In this document: piece after piece, positions 13,682 through 26,347 of the stretch | Layout of the letters: each line of letters starts with the position of its first letter | How positions within the stretch are numbered: the stretch's first letter is position 1 | Assembly: GCA_951406725.2 (NCBI GenBank) | Contig: OX597818.1 | Location: 20,708,001-20,772,000 of the forward strand | Reading direction: 5' to 3' | Source: Octopus vulgaris | Lineage: Eukaryota | Length of the DNA stretch: 64,000 nucleotides | Notes under the pieces: generated by a model | Told to the model about the DNA's origin: nothing | What the model saw: only the letters and a program-made list of their open reading frames with translations | The model's database searches: none | Program-made: the position numbers and the translations under genes

Positions 13682-14354
13682 GTATGTATATTTCTATATG
13701 CATAAACATACGTGCATGCATACATACATTCATACACATTCAAACTATACTTACGTAGACAATATAAGGAAAAAAGCATCCAGATGTAGAAACCTATATA
13801 ATAGGGCTATGACAGACTTTCAGTTATCTGTCGTTCTTAGGGTTGTTGTTGTTGCAGCTGCTGCTGCTGCTGCCGGTGTTGGTGATAGTGGTGATGGCGA
13901 AGGTGGTGGTGGTGGTGGTGGTAATGTTATTCTTGTATGATTCCACCGCATCATGCACAATAGACAATGCAAGGTTATCTGGTAGTCAAAACTTGTTGCT
14001 AATAGTGATTGTGGTGATAGTGGTTGTTGTTGTGATTGTAATACTAGTAGTAGTAGTAGTAGTCGTAGTAGTAGTAGTAGTAGTAGTAGTTGCTGTTGTT
14101 GTTGTTGCTACAATGTGATGAGGTGGTGGTGATGGCGGTAGTATCCCTTATTGTTTATGACGACGCTGATGGTAATAGTATTGGTATTAAGAGTCGAGGC
14201 GAATCTTGTAATTGTAATGTTCGAAGCAATGTTTGTATTAATGATGGTGGCGGCGTGGGTGAAATGGCAGTAGTGGCAGCGGCGGCGGCGGTACTTGGAC
14301 CACTGAACTCAACACGTTTTTTTTCATTCTGTCTGTGTTTATTTCTTTTTACTC

Positions 14355-14390
14355 CTTTCTGTCGAAGAGCGTAAGCTCGAAACGTAAAAG
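14355..14390 (+). ncRNA. Minimal type-I hammerhead-like motif (A6U core variant) in a Penelope-like repeat at 14290-14465
   Basis: CTTT-CTGTCGA-A-GAGC-gtaa-GCTC-GAAAC-GTA-AAAG: stems I and II pair, stem III is the palindrome ACGT. Confidence 0.5.
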
Positions 14391-14465
14391 ACTTTTCCAT
14401 TTCTCCCGAGCGTCAAACTAATACACTTGCTTGTTGTTCCTACACCTGTCTTCTTCGTTTTTTTA

Positions 14466-14506
<41 letters not shown>

Positions 14507-14552
14507 TATTTATATATATATATATATCTATATATATATATATATATATATA

Positions 14553-14654
<102 letters not shown>

Positions 14655-14670
14655 CACAGATAGATAGTTG

Positions 14671-14746
<76 letters not shown>

Positions 14747-14937
14747 CCTACTTATATATATGTATGTGTATATGTATTTGTGTGTGTAGAATATATGTGT
14801 ATGTATAACGGTCTTCATCTTTTTCTATCTATGGAGAAATAGCTAAATTTGCCCTGTTTATTTATCTACTTTGTAAGTTACATACCTGTGTGTGTGTGTG
14901 TGTAAATATGCTTGTATGTTTGCATGCATATATGTAC

Positions 14938-15034
<97 letters not shown>

Positions 15035-15200
15035 ATCAGACAGACAGATAGATAGATAGATATAGATGTAGACAAATTCATTCATTCAAAAATGCATACA
15101 TAGCTTCATACATAAATACACTTATCTATGTATTTACTTGTTTTTCTACCTGCGTGTGTATAAATGTGTATGTATATGTGTCTATGTGAGTGAATGATCA

Positions 15201-15292
<92 letters not shown>

Positions 15293-15519
15293 GAAACGGT
15301 GCCCTCAAGCCATATAAATCACAATAGTCTTGCTGGCGACATCTTCGTATAAAAGCTATATTAAAACGAGGAAAAGAATAAAAATAGTGATGATAATAAT
15401 AAAGCTACATTAAAATAAAATAGAACATGGAAAGTCGTAAGAACTGAGAAAATTCGTCTCCACATCCGTATTTCCATCTTAACTCTATTTCATCGGTATG
15501 ATACGGAATTCAACAGTTA

Positions 15520-15690
15520 TTCATTTATTTACTTCTATCAATTGAACTACGGTCATGCGAGGACATCGCCTTGAAGGCTTAGTTCGATTCTAGTGTTCAT
15601 TTTAAGTCTGGTACTTATTCTATCAGTCTGTTTTGTTAAGCCGCTAGCTTTCGAGGATCTAAACAAACCAACACCGGTTGTCAACCGGTG
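15520..15690 (-). mobile_element. SINE family A, 3' half, diverged
   Basis: ctggtacttattctatc...aacaccggttgtcaa. Confidence 0.65.
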
Positions 15691-15750
15691 CACACACAAG
15701 TGAAGTGCATACACAAGAATATATACACACAAGCACACACATTTTGAGAT

Positions 15751-15829
<79 letters not shown>

Positions 15830-15882
15830 GGATGAACATACATGGATACATACATACATACATACATACATACATACATACA

Positions 15883-15916
<34 letters not shown>

Positions 15917-15920
15917 CATA

Positions 15921-16440
15921 CAAGTAAAAGTACCCTATTGTTGATGTTGAAATTCCAATAAAGAGCCTTGAATCTAGGTTAGAAATCAGCTCTTTCTCTA
16001 ATGGAATGGAAGCACTCCGTCGGTTACGACGACGAGGGTTCCGGTTGATCCGAATCAACGGAACAGCCTGCTCGTGAAATTAACGTGTAAGTGGCTGAGC
16101 ACTCCACAGACACGTGTACCCTTAACGTAGTTCTCGGGAATATTCAGCGTGACACAGAGAGTGACAAGGCTGGCCCTTTGAAATACAGGTACAACATAAA
16201 CAGGAAGTAAGAGTGAGAGAAAGTTGTGGTGAAAGAGTACAGCAGGGATCACCACCATCCCTGCCGGAGCCTCGTGGAGAATTAGGTGTTTTCGCTCAAT
16301 AAACACTCACAACGCCCGGTCTGGGAATCGAAACCGCGATCCTATGACCGCGAGTCCGCTGCCCTAACCACTGGGCCATTGCACCTCCACAAGCTCTTTC
16401 TCTATTGGCAAGAAATCTTGAAATAAAACTGAACAATGAC
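15921..16440 (+). mobile_element. 3' UTR of a (CATA)n-associated RLE LINE, interrupted by SINE D
   Basis: 15925-16000 plus 16392-16440 match 39783-39890; (CATA)n on both sides. Confidence 0.8.
16005..16391 (-). mobile_element. SINE family D, full length
   Basis: Head tggcccagtggttagggc...ggtttcgattccc (A/B boxes); 13-bp TSD agctctttctcta at 15988-16000 and 16392-16404. Confidence 0.9.
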
Positions 16441-16528
16441 ATACATACGTACGTACGCACATACATACACACACACACATACATACATACATACATACAT
16501 ACATACATACATACATACATACATACAT

Positions 16529-16874
16529 AAAGGGGTAAAGACCCCCTTCGGTCATGAGTGACCATGGGTTTGCACCTAGAGAGTTACCCTCTGAGGCACA
16601 AGTCTGGGCAAGGTTGTTTTATGGAAGACCAGTAGTCACCCATGCATACTGGCCTCCCCTCTCCACGCCACCAGTGTTATCCAAGGGAAAGACAAAGGTC
16701 GATACAGCTTGGCACCTGTGACGTCGCAACTCATTTCTACAGCTGAGTGAACTGGAGCAACGTGAAATAAAGTGTCTTGCTCAAGAACACAACACGCAGC
16801 CCGGTCCGGGATTCGAGCTCACAACCTCACGATCGTAAGCTCGACGCTCTAACCACTGAGCCATGCGCCTTCAC
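16529..16874 (-). mobile_element. SINE family E, full length (tRNA head plus CORE-like segment)
   Basis: Head tggctcagtggttagagc...gagctcgaatccc; tgtgttcttgagcaagacactt resembles CORE-SINE cores; second copy at 26965-27260. Confidence 0.9.
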
Positions 16875-17089
16875 ATTACATACATACATACATACATACA
16901 TACATGAGACGGGCCTCCACTCTGTTTCCGTTTATCAAATACACGCACAAGGCATAAGTCGAAGAAGACACTTGCCCCAGGTTTCGCAATTTAAACTTCC
17001 TAAGCACATACATATGCCTACATCTAAAAGTTGGGGATCTCATTATGTCTTGTGCCTTCAAGCTGTTTATATATCTATGGAACATCTGC

Positions 17090-18721
17090 ATTATTGTAGT
17101 GTTATAGACACTCACGGTTTTCCAGGTGTTTGTTCGTTGTTCTACTTCACATTTTTGTTAGAAATGCAATGATTCATTTTTCATGCTTACCTAGTTCCGA
17201 AAAGCATCGTTTGAGGTTGGAGATCATTTCTAAGTTTTGTACAAATAATCGTTATCACTTTTCATATCGACTTATTCTCTGTGACTTAGCGAGGATTCCT
17301 TTCTCTTCGATTTAGGTTACTTCTTTATCATGCTTCTGTATTTGTGTCTTCTGTTATTCAATTGCTGCCCTTCATTATTGATTATCTTAGAATTCAGATA
17401 TTCTCTTAGGTTTGATCTTTTCCCCCTGCTGTGTGTGTGTATATATGTGTGTTGTTTGCTTGGGTTTTCCTATTCCTATACGAGGAGACCTAAAGAAGCG
17501 CCTACTCTTCTTAGAAGCTGTTCCAACTGTCGCATGTATTCTTTAATCTGGTAACGTCGATTTTTTTTTGTCTTTGTCATCGCCAGGTTGACGATTTCAT
17601 TGTTACTATTTTATCGTTGAGGTTTAGCCTTGGGAAGTTCTTTATTGGTCTTTATTGGGAAGTACTTTATTGGTCTTGTTTTTAATTCTTTCACTTTTTC
17701 AGCCTCTAGATTGTCATATTCGTGGCATCACTTTTAGAATTTCCTATACTTAAATTGAGCTAATTGCCTTTATTTAAGTTTTTGTTTTTGTTGCTGTTTT
17801 TTTTCTTTTGGCGTGTGTATGTGTGTGTGTGTGTGTGAGTACTATTCTGTATGTGTTCTGAAGCTATATTGTTTATTATTTTTATTATATATTATTATGT
17901 TTATTACATTGTTTATTGTTTATTATATAAAGGCGGCGAGCTGGCAGAAACGTTAGCACGCCGGGCGAAATGCTTTGTGGTATTTCGTCTGTCGTTACGT
18001 TCTGAGTTCAAATTCCGCCGAGGTCGACTTTGCCTTTCATCCTTCCGGGGTCGATAAATAAAGTACCAGTTTCGCACTGGGGTCGATGTAATCGGCTTAA
18101 TCCGTTTGTCTGTCCTTGTTTGTCCCCTCTATGTTTAGCCCCTTGTGGGTAATAGAGAAATATAAATTGTTTATTATATTTTGTATTCTCGGTGATTGTA
18201 TTTTTTTTTGTTTACTTTGTATTGGTTACTTACCTTTTCGTTATGTATTCTTTCTTTTAAGTGTTCTGTTTCGATTTCTAGTACTTTTAGTTCTGAGATA
18301 GTATCTTCTGAAGTTGCTTAATGTGGTGGTATTCAAATTCAGGCTGCGATCCGGACTACTTTCTCTATATTCTATGCAATTATATTATGAAGTTCCATTC
18401 TGAGATGGTATGTGGCTGTAAAATATGCATGTAATATAGAAACATATTCCTCTCGTGTTCATTTCTGTTTTATCACATTACTTGTGATTCAAGTCTTGTC
18501 CTTTATTTAGATTGTCAACATTTTTATTGGGTACCAGTCTACTTGTTTCTGGTGATGTCAAGAACGCATTCCTCTCTTAATCTAAAGCTGAATGATACGT
18601 TATCTTAATATGTATTGTTTAACATTTCTTGTGTTGGAGACAGAAATGGTCCGGTGTTGATGTGAATCGTGCTCCTATAGTTTGCTTAGGCGTGGTATCA
18701 GATCTCCGGTTACTATAAACA

Positions 18722-18722
<1 letters not shown>
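17090..18722 (-). pseudogene. Decayed R4/Dong-clade non-LTR retrotransposon ORF, N-terminal part
   Basis: Minus-strand peptides KQK*TREEYVSILHAYF, NLNTTTLSNFRRY, SELKVLEIE and ILAKSQRISRYEK*..LFVQNLEMISNLKRCFSELG resemble R4/Dong/Rex6 N-terminal motifs in the expected order; many stops and frameshifts; abuts (AAT)n. Confidence 0.65.
17931..18165 (+). mobile_element. SINE family B nested in the R4-like relic
   Basis: ggcggcgagctggcagaaacg...tttagccccttgtggg; 14-bp TSD attgtttattatat. Confidence 0.9.
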
Positions 18723-18795
<73 letters not shown>

Positions 18796-19335
18796 GAGTA
18801 AGAGAGCAGGGTATGTCATCAAAGTGCCACTGGGGTAAAATATACGAAGCCCAGTATGCCCATCATGACCACCCGTCTGATAAGGGTACACCAGGTACAT
18901 GCATCACAACCATATGTGCGTGACATAATCTCATAGCAAAATAAACAACGCATGATCTTGCAGGTGGGGCCCAGTTAGAATTTTCATCAAGTCGAGTAAC
19001 CCATCCCGCTCAAAAGTCCTTGAATAATGGTTGTTTAAGGATGTTGAACAAAACACACCATGTTATCCAAACCCCAAAGAATTCCTCTCAACACATAGCT
19101 ATGATGCTCCCCACTACTCCTGCTCGTGATCAGAGATGCACATATCGTCAGCCACTTAGGGACATGCTCAACTAGTTAAGGTCAAGCAACTGAAAGCAAA
19201 TTTGTGGTATTGGGCAGAATATTTGCTGTAGCCCATCTTTTATACCAACACAAAACAATGTACATGATAATACTATCCAATCAGTTAAGATCAGAAGCCA
19301 TGAGAGCCACTGCCTAGTACTGCATCAGGACATTT
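18796..19335 (-). mobile_element. Family C, apparently full length (~540 bp)
   Basis: Reverse complement is colinear with 144-523 and 43371-43859; 3' end abuts (AAT)n at 18724-18795. Confidence 0.9.
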
Positions 19336-19734
19336 ATTATAATGATAATAATAATCATAATTATTTTGCTGGGTAGGGTGGAAAATGTCAGCTGTCCACA
19401 GCCAGCAGACTAAGTTGACACTTGTTTGCTAGTCATGCTCCAACAACCCCATGGAAAACTTTTGCAGTTCCAAGCAATGATGAATTTTGTAGGTGTTCTA
19501 TCTTTATATTTGTACTAATCTCTTTGAGTTACGCTGGTAGTTGAGGGCTGATACTTCCATGCACGCCAATTACAATTGGTATCACGTCCATTTTCTTCAT
19601 TTCCCACAATCTACGTATTTCCCACTTCAATTCATCATCATCATCATGTAATTATTATTATTATTATTATTATTAGTTACTATATTTTTCCCGCCATTTT
19701 TCAAATATACTATGCAATATCTGTTATAATTATT

Positions 19735-19928
19735 GTTTCAAATGTTGGCATAAAACGAACAATTTTGGTGGGACAGGGTTTGTAGATTACATCAAGCCCA
19801 GTACTTGAGTAATAGATAAAAGACAAAGTCGACCTTGGTGGGATTTGATCTTAGAACGTAAAGAGCCGGAAGTAATTCCTCGAAGCATTTTGTCCGACGC
19901 GCTAAACTTTTTGACAGCTCGCCGCCTT
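19735..19928 (-). mobile_element. SINE family B'
   Basis: caaagtcgaccttggtgggatttga...cagctcgccgcc. Confidence 0.75.
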
Positions 19929-20899
19929 CCACTAACTGTATTAAGACAACAACTTACATATGTTGCTAATTAAGTAAAAGAGAACTTAATTGACGTAGAA
20001 CCAGAAAATCAAAGTGACCGAACATGGCGTATTTGACGTAAGGGATGTTACGATAGCGAAACAACGCTTAGTGTTTTGATACATGATATTTTGGATGGTT
20101 TTTTTATGTTTGTCTTGATTTACAACATACGATCTTAATCTGTGATGCATAGACTCCCTGCGTGTCTGTGGCTTGATCTCAGTGAGATTTGTGAATTTGG
20201 ATAAGTAACAAAAACTAAAAATAAATTACAACTTTAACTTGTCTACGTTCTGAAAGAAACCAAGATTCTTATTTAATAATAAATGCAGGCAACGAGATAT
20301 TTTGTGCTCTCCGTATTCGCCCAACTCTTTGTTGCTTGTTAACTCACTAAAACTATCAAACCCTGTGAACTTCAAATTATAACAGCATTCGTTTTTATTA
20401 AATGCATTTTTCTATCCTAAAAAGAAAATTTTTCCATGTTTGCACGGTGTATAATTTATAAGTTTCCATTACAAAGATTCTTTTGTACTTAAATAGCTGT
20501 ACAATCACTAACTATGCATTATTTAGTGGGAATTACATCGTAGTTTGAAGAAGACGTGATTTCTCTCATGTTCACAGTTTCACCCTTTATTTATAAGCAA
20601 GCTTTACGTCAACGTGTTTTACTTTGTTTAATTGTTTATATATGCCTTCACCTGCTTCACTCCTAGATCAAACAATGAATTTGATTTAATCTAATTGTAT
20701 AACTCATATAACTTATGTTATTTACTAAAGAAAAGTTTTCGCCATTCAATTGAATTGAAATCAAAGCTTATGCATATATGCATGCGCATACATTTCCATG
20801 ATGTGTGTATGTGTAAATATTATACGTACATGTATAATATATACACGTACACGCATCATACAAACGCATTCATAAATTAGGCAGGTACATACAAATACA

Positions 20900-21005
20900 A
20901 TCCATGCTCCTATGTCGTCTCCCGATCTGCTAGAAATATCAACCAAAATTTCATTCATATCATATCCTATCATCTTAGAAAAGAAGGTCAGACTAGATAA
21001 TAGAG
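20900..21005 (-). mobile_element. Old interspersed family F fragment (others at 22760-22890, 28840-28920, 31620-31800, 32320-32420, 35730-35870, 38515-38660, 40085-40200)
   Basis: Recurring ggagatttggctgctatttctagcaggtc-like and ggtcagccctga...tatgatcaaag-like motifs. Confidence 0.55.
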
Positions 21006-21028
21006 TTCTAAGTGCACCATGTTACAGC

Positions 21029-21213
21029 AAGTAGAGTAACTAATGATGTTTGACGGTGGTGGGGGCTAAGGGTGGAAATCCGCTTCGTGTGACGTTTTCA
21101 TGGGGTCAACGCTTTAGAGTCTACTATACAAGCTTGTGTAAGCTTTGGGTCCCGTAGGTGGGCAGCAGACTCGAGTGCCGCCCCGGGTGTTGCACACTCT
21201 CGTTACGCCACTG
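21029..21213. mobile_element. MITE with a CAGTGGCGTA-type TIR, related to 46425-46559
   Basis: Right end gttacgccactg; decayed left end; shared internal ttt(c/t)atgggg segment. Confidence 0.5.
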
Positions 21214-21429
21214 TACACATTTTTCCTCAGTTGCGGCACTTTCTGTCTCTTTCTCACTATTTGCATTAGTAAAAATGGTTCAAAATTTCAAACCTCACTC
21301 TCCTTAGTTTCTCGAACTCATTTAAGAACTCTCCAGTTTTGGCTGTGTTGAGCGAGGAATGAGGCAAATCTACCTCTGGAAGAACGTAACGTTTCCAGCA
21401 TGATCTGGTGTTGCTATTCGTATTGAACG

Positions 21430-21484
<55 letters not shown>

Positions 21485-21706
21485 TGTATATAAAGGAATT
21501 AGCTCATAACACGTGTGTTTGAAAAACTTAACAGCGAAAGCGCTCACATACAATTCAAAAACTTCCACCCAAAAGGTTCGTGTCATTCTGTTTCTTGCGT
21601 TTTTTAAAAGATGTTCTGAGAAAATCTGCCTTCAAGTAATGTGACTGTAACAAGTATTTTTTGCAAAAACTTGTGTGTGTGTGTGTGTATGTACATATGT
21701 ATATAT

Positions 21707-21739
<33 letters not shown>

Positions 21740-23599
21740 TATTTATATATTTATACGTATATATACACATACATATACACACATATTTATATATTTACGC
21801 ATTTATATATATATATATATATATGCACATACGCATATGTTTGTATATATGTAAATATAAATATATATATCTAAATATATGTAAACATATACATGTGTGT
21901 ATTCATACTTATGTACATACATACACACACAAACACACACACACACATATACATACATGTACTTGTACTTATACGTTGTTTTTACATACACACACACATA
22001 TTTGTATTTATGAATATATACAGACACGCACTCGTTTGCACGCACACACAGAGACATGTACGCACACTCACACGTCATACGAGCACACATTCACAACACA
22101 AACACACACTCATAACATAAACACATACAGCACAAATACACACATACAACGCAAACCCAAACATATATAAACAGATAGATACAATGGTATTTCCGTCTTC
22201 CGCTATGCAGAAGCTCTCTATGAATATCACATTTATTGATATGGTGCCTCCAGTGGCGAGACTGCAGTCTCTCGTTTCCGGTTGGCACGGAACAATGAAG
22301 ATCCTGTGTACGATTTTACAAGTTCACCCAGTTCTTACTGATATACATTTTTTTCCCTCTACAAATAAACTTCTTGTCCTCACATATGAATTGTTGTTTT
22401 TACAGTTATTTATTTATATATATATTTTTCCTTTTATGACGGTGCTGTAAATATATATGCTTGAGGGGAAAAAAACAAGAGATTTCTCGTGTTTTGTAGC
22501 CGTTCATAGAAGTCTTATTTCTCTTCTACAACACTCTAACATTATTAGAGTAAAAGCTGAAATGTATGGAAACTGGTGATGGTCTGCGCCAGCAACAATT
22601 AGACAATAGAGGGGAGTTCTAGAAGAGGGCAATAAGTCCATCACCCCTTCACTGCAATTGAATCTGATGTTTTTTGGGGGGTTTTTTGTAAAATAAAAAT
22701 GAAGTTTTTATATAATCTGACTCAGCCATCAACAGCTCACTAAAACAGGGGGATTTTAAGCGCTCATATGATTTAAAAAGATTAGCAATATTTCCTTCCA
22801 ATCATAGTCTACCATCTTTAAAAACATGGTAGTCACGACAGAAATATCTTTGTTCATAGGTCTGCTAAGTCAGGGCTGACCTGAGATCAAACTACAAGAT
22901 CAATACTCTTAAAATCGATACTACAACCACCGGTTACGTTGTAAGTGCAAGTATGGTTATGTGGTTATGAAGCTTGCTTCGCGACCAAGGGATATCTGTT
23001 TCAATCGTACGGTGTAGCCCCTTCAGAAACGTCTCCTGCCATGGTCCCAGACTGACCATTTTCTTGTGAGTGAATTTGGTAACATCATCGACATGCCCTC
23101 TACATCATTACTATCGATTGCATATTTCTGTGTTGCTGCTTTATTTCTGAGCAATCCTGACCGAACGGATCTGTGATTACAATGCAGCCTGACCCCAACT
23201 ACTTACACTCTAGTACGCACTGACATCGGGTACTTACAATGCTTTCCATAGGTACAGTATGCAGAGGTATGGATCCTGCTAAGATTTCGTGCCCTAGATG
23301 TATACACAACAAGACCATAGGATCTTCAGTGGTGTCTTGACGACACAATAAGTTGTGAGACATAACATTTACCTTAAAAAATACAAACTGCATTTAATAG
23401 GCCGAGTAGGACTAAAGTTAACTTTCTGGTGCACTTAGAACTCTATAGAAGTTAAATGTTTCTGTATGATTCTTATGTTTTATACATCCTATTGACAAAG
23501 CATGGAATAAACCAGTGTTCTAGTTTTTCGATCCGGATAACGATATTTCAGCCATCACTTTCATCACAGGATCTGTGATAAGGTCCGACATACTTTTGC

Positions 23600-23955
23600 T
23601 TACTCCGGCATGTCCGAAGTAGGTAAACCACTAGCACGTCAGGAGTGGGGGCGGGGCGATGATTCTAAACGTCCTCTCAGACACGTCACAGACAGACGTC
23701 TAATTTGGCGCGTCACAGAAAGTCATCTGCTCTGTTACATCAGGACTTCACACCTGATGAGGTTCGCTAAATGATGTCTTCTCGCACGCTGCAAACTGAA
23801 TGCTCTGGTATGTCAAAGGCAGACGACGTCTGCTCTATCACGTTAAAGACATGACGGCTGTTCCAGTACGACAGTAGGTGGAGACAACTGTTCCAGTATG
23901 TCAGGGGCAAACGGCGTTTCTGGCACATCAGGAACCGATATGTACTTTAGTACAT
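23600..23955 (+). repeat. Degenerate ~28-30 bp minisatellite (tgctctggcacgtcag...)
   Basis: Units such as tgctctgttacatcagg, tgctctggtatgtcaaagg, tgctctatcacgttaaag, tgttccagtatgtcagg and tttctggcacatcagg. Confidence 0.6.
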
Positions 23956-24557
23956 TACTCATCAGAAGTAGAAGATGTATATAAGAAGGGATTGTAAAAC
24001 ATCTTAATCAAACGCTTTTATCATTACTATTATAGTGTTCAGGCGACAATCAATTATTTTAAATGATTCTCAATTGCACTTTTCTATTTTCCTTTTTTAA
24101 AAGCAGTTATTGCCACGTTTTTTCATAAGATTTGTGGCATTTTTGCTTATCTATGCCTGTTTATTTTACTTCATTTTTAATGCTCTTTATTTTCTTAATT
24201 ACATTCCTATTGAAGCACGCTTATGGTTAATGTTTTAAACATATTTTGATATATAAACTATAAAGTGATTCTTTCAGATACTATTTGCCAGCTGTCTTTG
24301 GACAGAAAACCCTAAATACAGTAAATCTTTGGCATGTCATTCCATAAATTCTTCGAATTTATTCGACTGGTCATCTCCATTAGGGAGAGTATTTAAATAT
24401 GCGAACGTATGATGATTATTGTAAAAAACTTTTGAATTCTTTTAAATAGGGAATGCCGCTAAGATACGAGAACATAAATGCACCAACACTGGTAGAGGGA
24501 GGGAGACAACATACACACACACACATACACACATACAGAAACTGAAAGAAGTTCGTC

Positions 24558-24611
<54 letters not shown>

Positions 24612-24737
24612 CAAAAATTTAGATCCAGGTGAATATGGTACTTAAGTTGAGGCACCAGAATTTAGTACGGTATTATCCATACAATTTCAAGGTAAGGTGA
24701 TTAAAATCAAAATAAGCAACAAGGATATCCTGAGGTA

Positions 24738-24825
24738 ATGCAGTACGATCGTTTCATGCAACTCCATTTAATTGAACAATGCAATCATTACATCAATTTA
24801 AAATGCATGCAATCTTCAGCTGCAC
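24738..24825 (-). ncRNA. Type-I hammerhead ribozyme motif in a Penelope-like repeat (about 24612-24900)
   Basis: GUGCAG-CUGAAGA-long stem II-GAAAC-GAUC-GUA-CUGCAU: intact core boxes, 6-bp stem I, palindromic stem III ACGAUCGU. Confidence 0.7.
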
Positions 24826-25250
24826 AAAGACATATAATTTAATTAAATTAGAACAGATGGACATATTAGTATAATTATACTTAAAATCTCCAAGAAGTTA
24901 AGGAGATAGACAAAGAACATGTTATCCCAACTCTAGTTTAGAAGTCTAAACTGACTTCTAAGGTATCAGTCATAAGGTATCAGTTGATCTGAAACAGTAG
25001 TAAAAAACATGTTGGGACCAAGATGGTACGCAGTGGGATTGAACCCGGTATTTGATTATTGCAACGAGAACATCTGAATTTCATGGCAATGCTTTCGATG
25101 TCCTTGTTTATATGATATATATAAGTTTACACTCAAATAGATTACACTGCCCTCGTCACTCCACCGATTAATCACAGAGTAACCTGCACATATGTGTGGG
25201 TGTATTTGCACACACTCACACATACATACATACATACATACATACATACA

Positions 25251-25284
<34 letters not shown>

Positions 25285-26039
25285 CATACATACATACATA
25301 CATACATACATACATACATACATACATACATACATACATACATACATACATCGGAAGGTTTCTCCGTCGGCGTCAATCGCTGATTAAATAAATGCTGGAC
25401 AGATGACAGAGATGTCAAAGAGATAAGAGATAATGCATGTGTCCAAGCTGGCCTGGCGAGGGGAATCGTTCAGCCAGTAGCTCAGAGGAAGAGACGAAAC
25501 AAAATAGGACAAAAACACTGGCTAGTAGCTACTGGCTACTGGCTATTAGCTATCGGCCATTGGCTACTTTTTATGGATAATAGTCACTCAATGTTTCGTG
25601 ACGACAGTTCTAACGTTTTCACAGTCACTGATCACTGAGAATCTACAAACTAATCAATAAGTCTGACCTGAGAGATAAAGGATATTTATGACGCTGTCCG
25701 TGTTTGGGGTCTCTATTATCTGACCATCTGGTTGATTGGCAATCTGTCGGATCTGTTTGTCTGTCTGTCTGCATTGTTTGTAACCTCGTATAGTGACAGA
25801 CGCCTGTTAGGTCAGAGACAGGAAAAAAATATAGATATGGGAAAATTTCTCTGGGATATCTTCTGCACAAAGAATATATAGTTAAATAGGACTAACATAT
25901 TTGAGATAGTTATTCCTAAAATTTTATCAAATCACTTGTAATTACTGTTGTAATAAAGAGAGAAATCATTAACGCTGATGAAAATATTTAAAGTATGCTT
26001 ACGATGTGTATGTGTGTATGAGGTGTGTATTGTGTTTTG

Positions 26040-26097
<58 letters not shown>

Positions 26098-26231
26098 CAC
26101 AGTTACATTCTGACGTAGTGACATCAGAGTACGCTGAATGGTAAGGAGGTAACCCCGGATTAAAAATTGATTAAAAATTGGGAAAGGCTCATGCAATGGG
26201 GAGTTTAATCGTTGGTAAATGCAATATATAT

Positions 26232-26275
<44 letters not shown>

Positions 26276-26347
26276 GTAAAAAATAAATACAGACATAGAT
26301 AGATAGATAGAAGCCCTCAGTCATCAGTAGATCAGCAATTTCGGCTG

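Noticed and set aside
16300-16874. tRNA-like sequences with A/B boxes
   Set aside because: They are SINE heads continuing into repeat bodies; no complete cloverleaf was seen.
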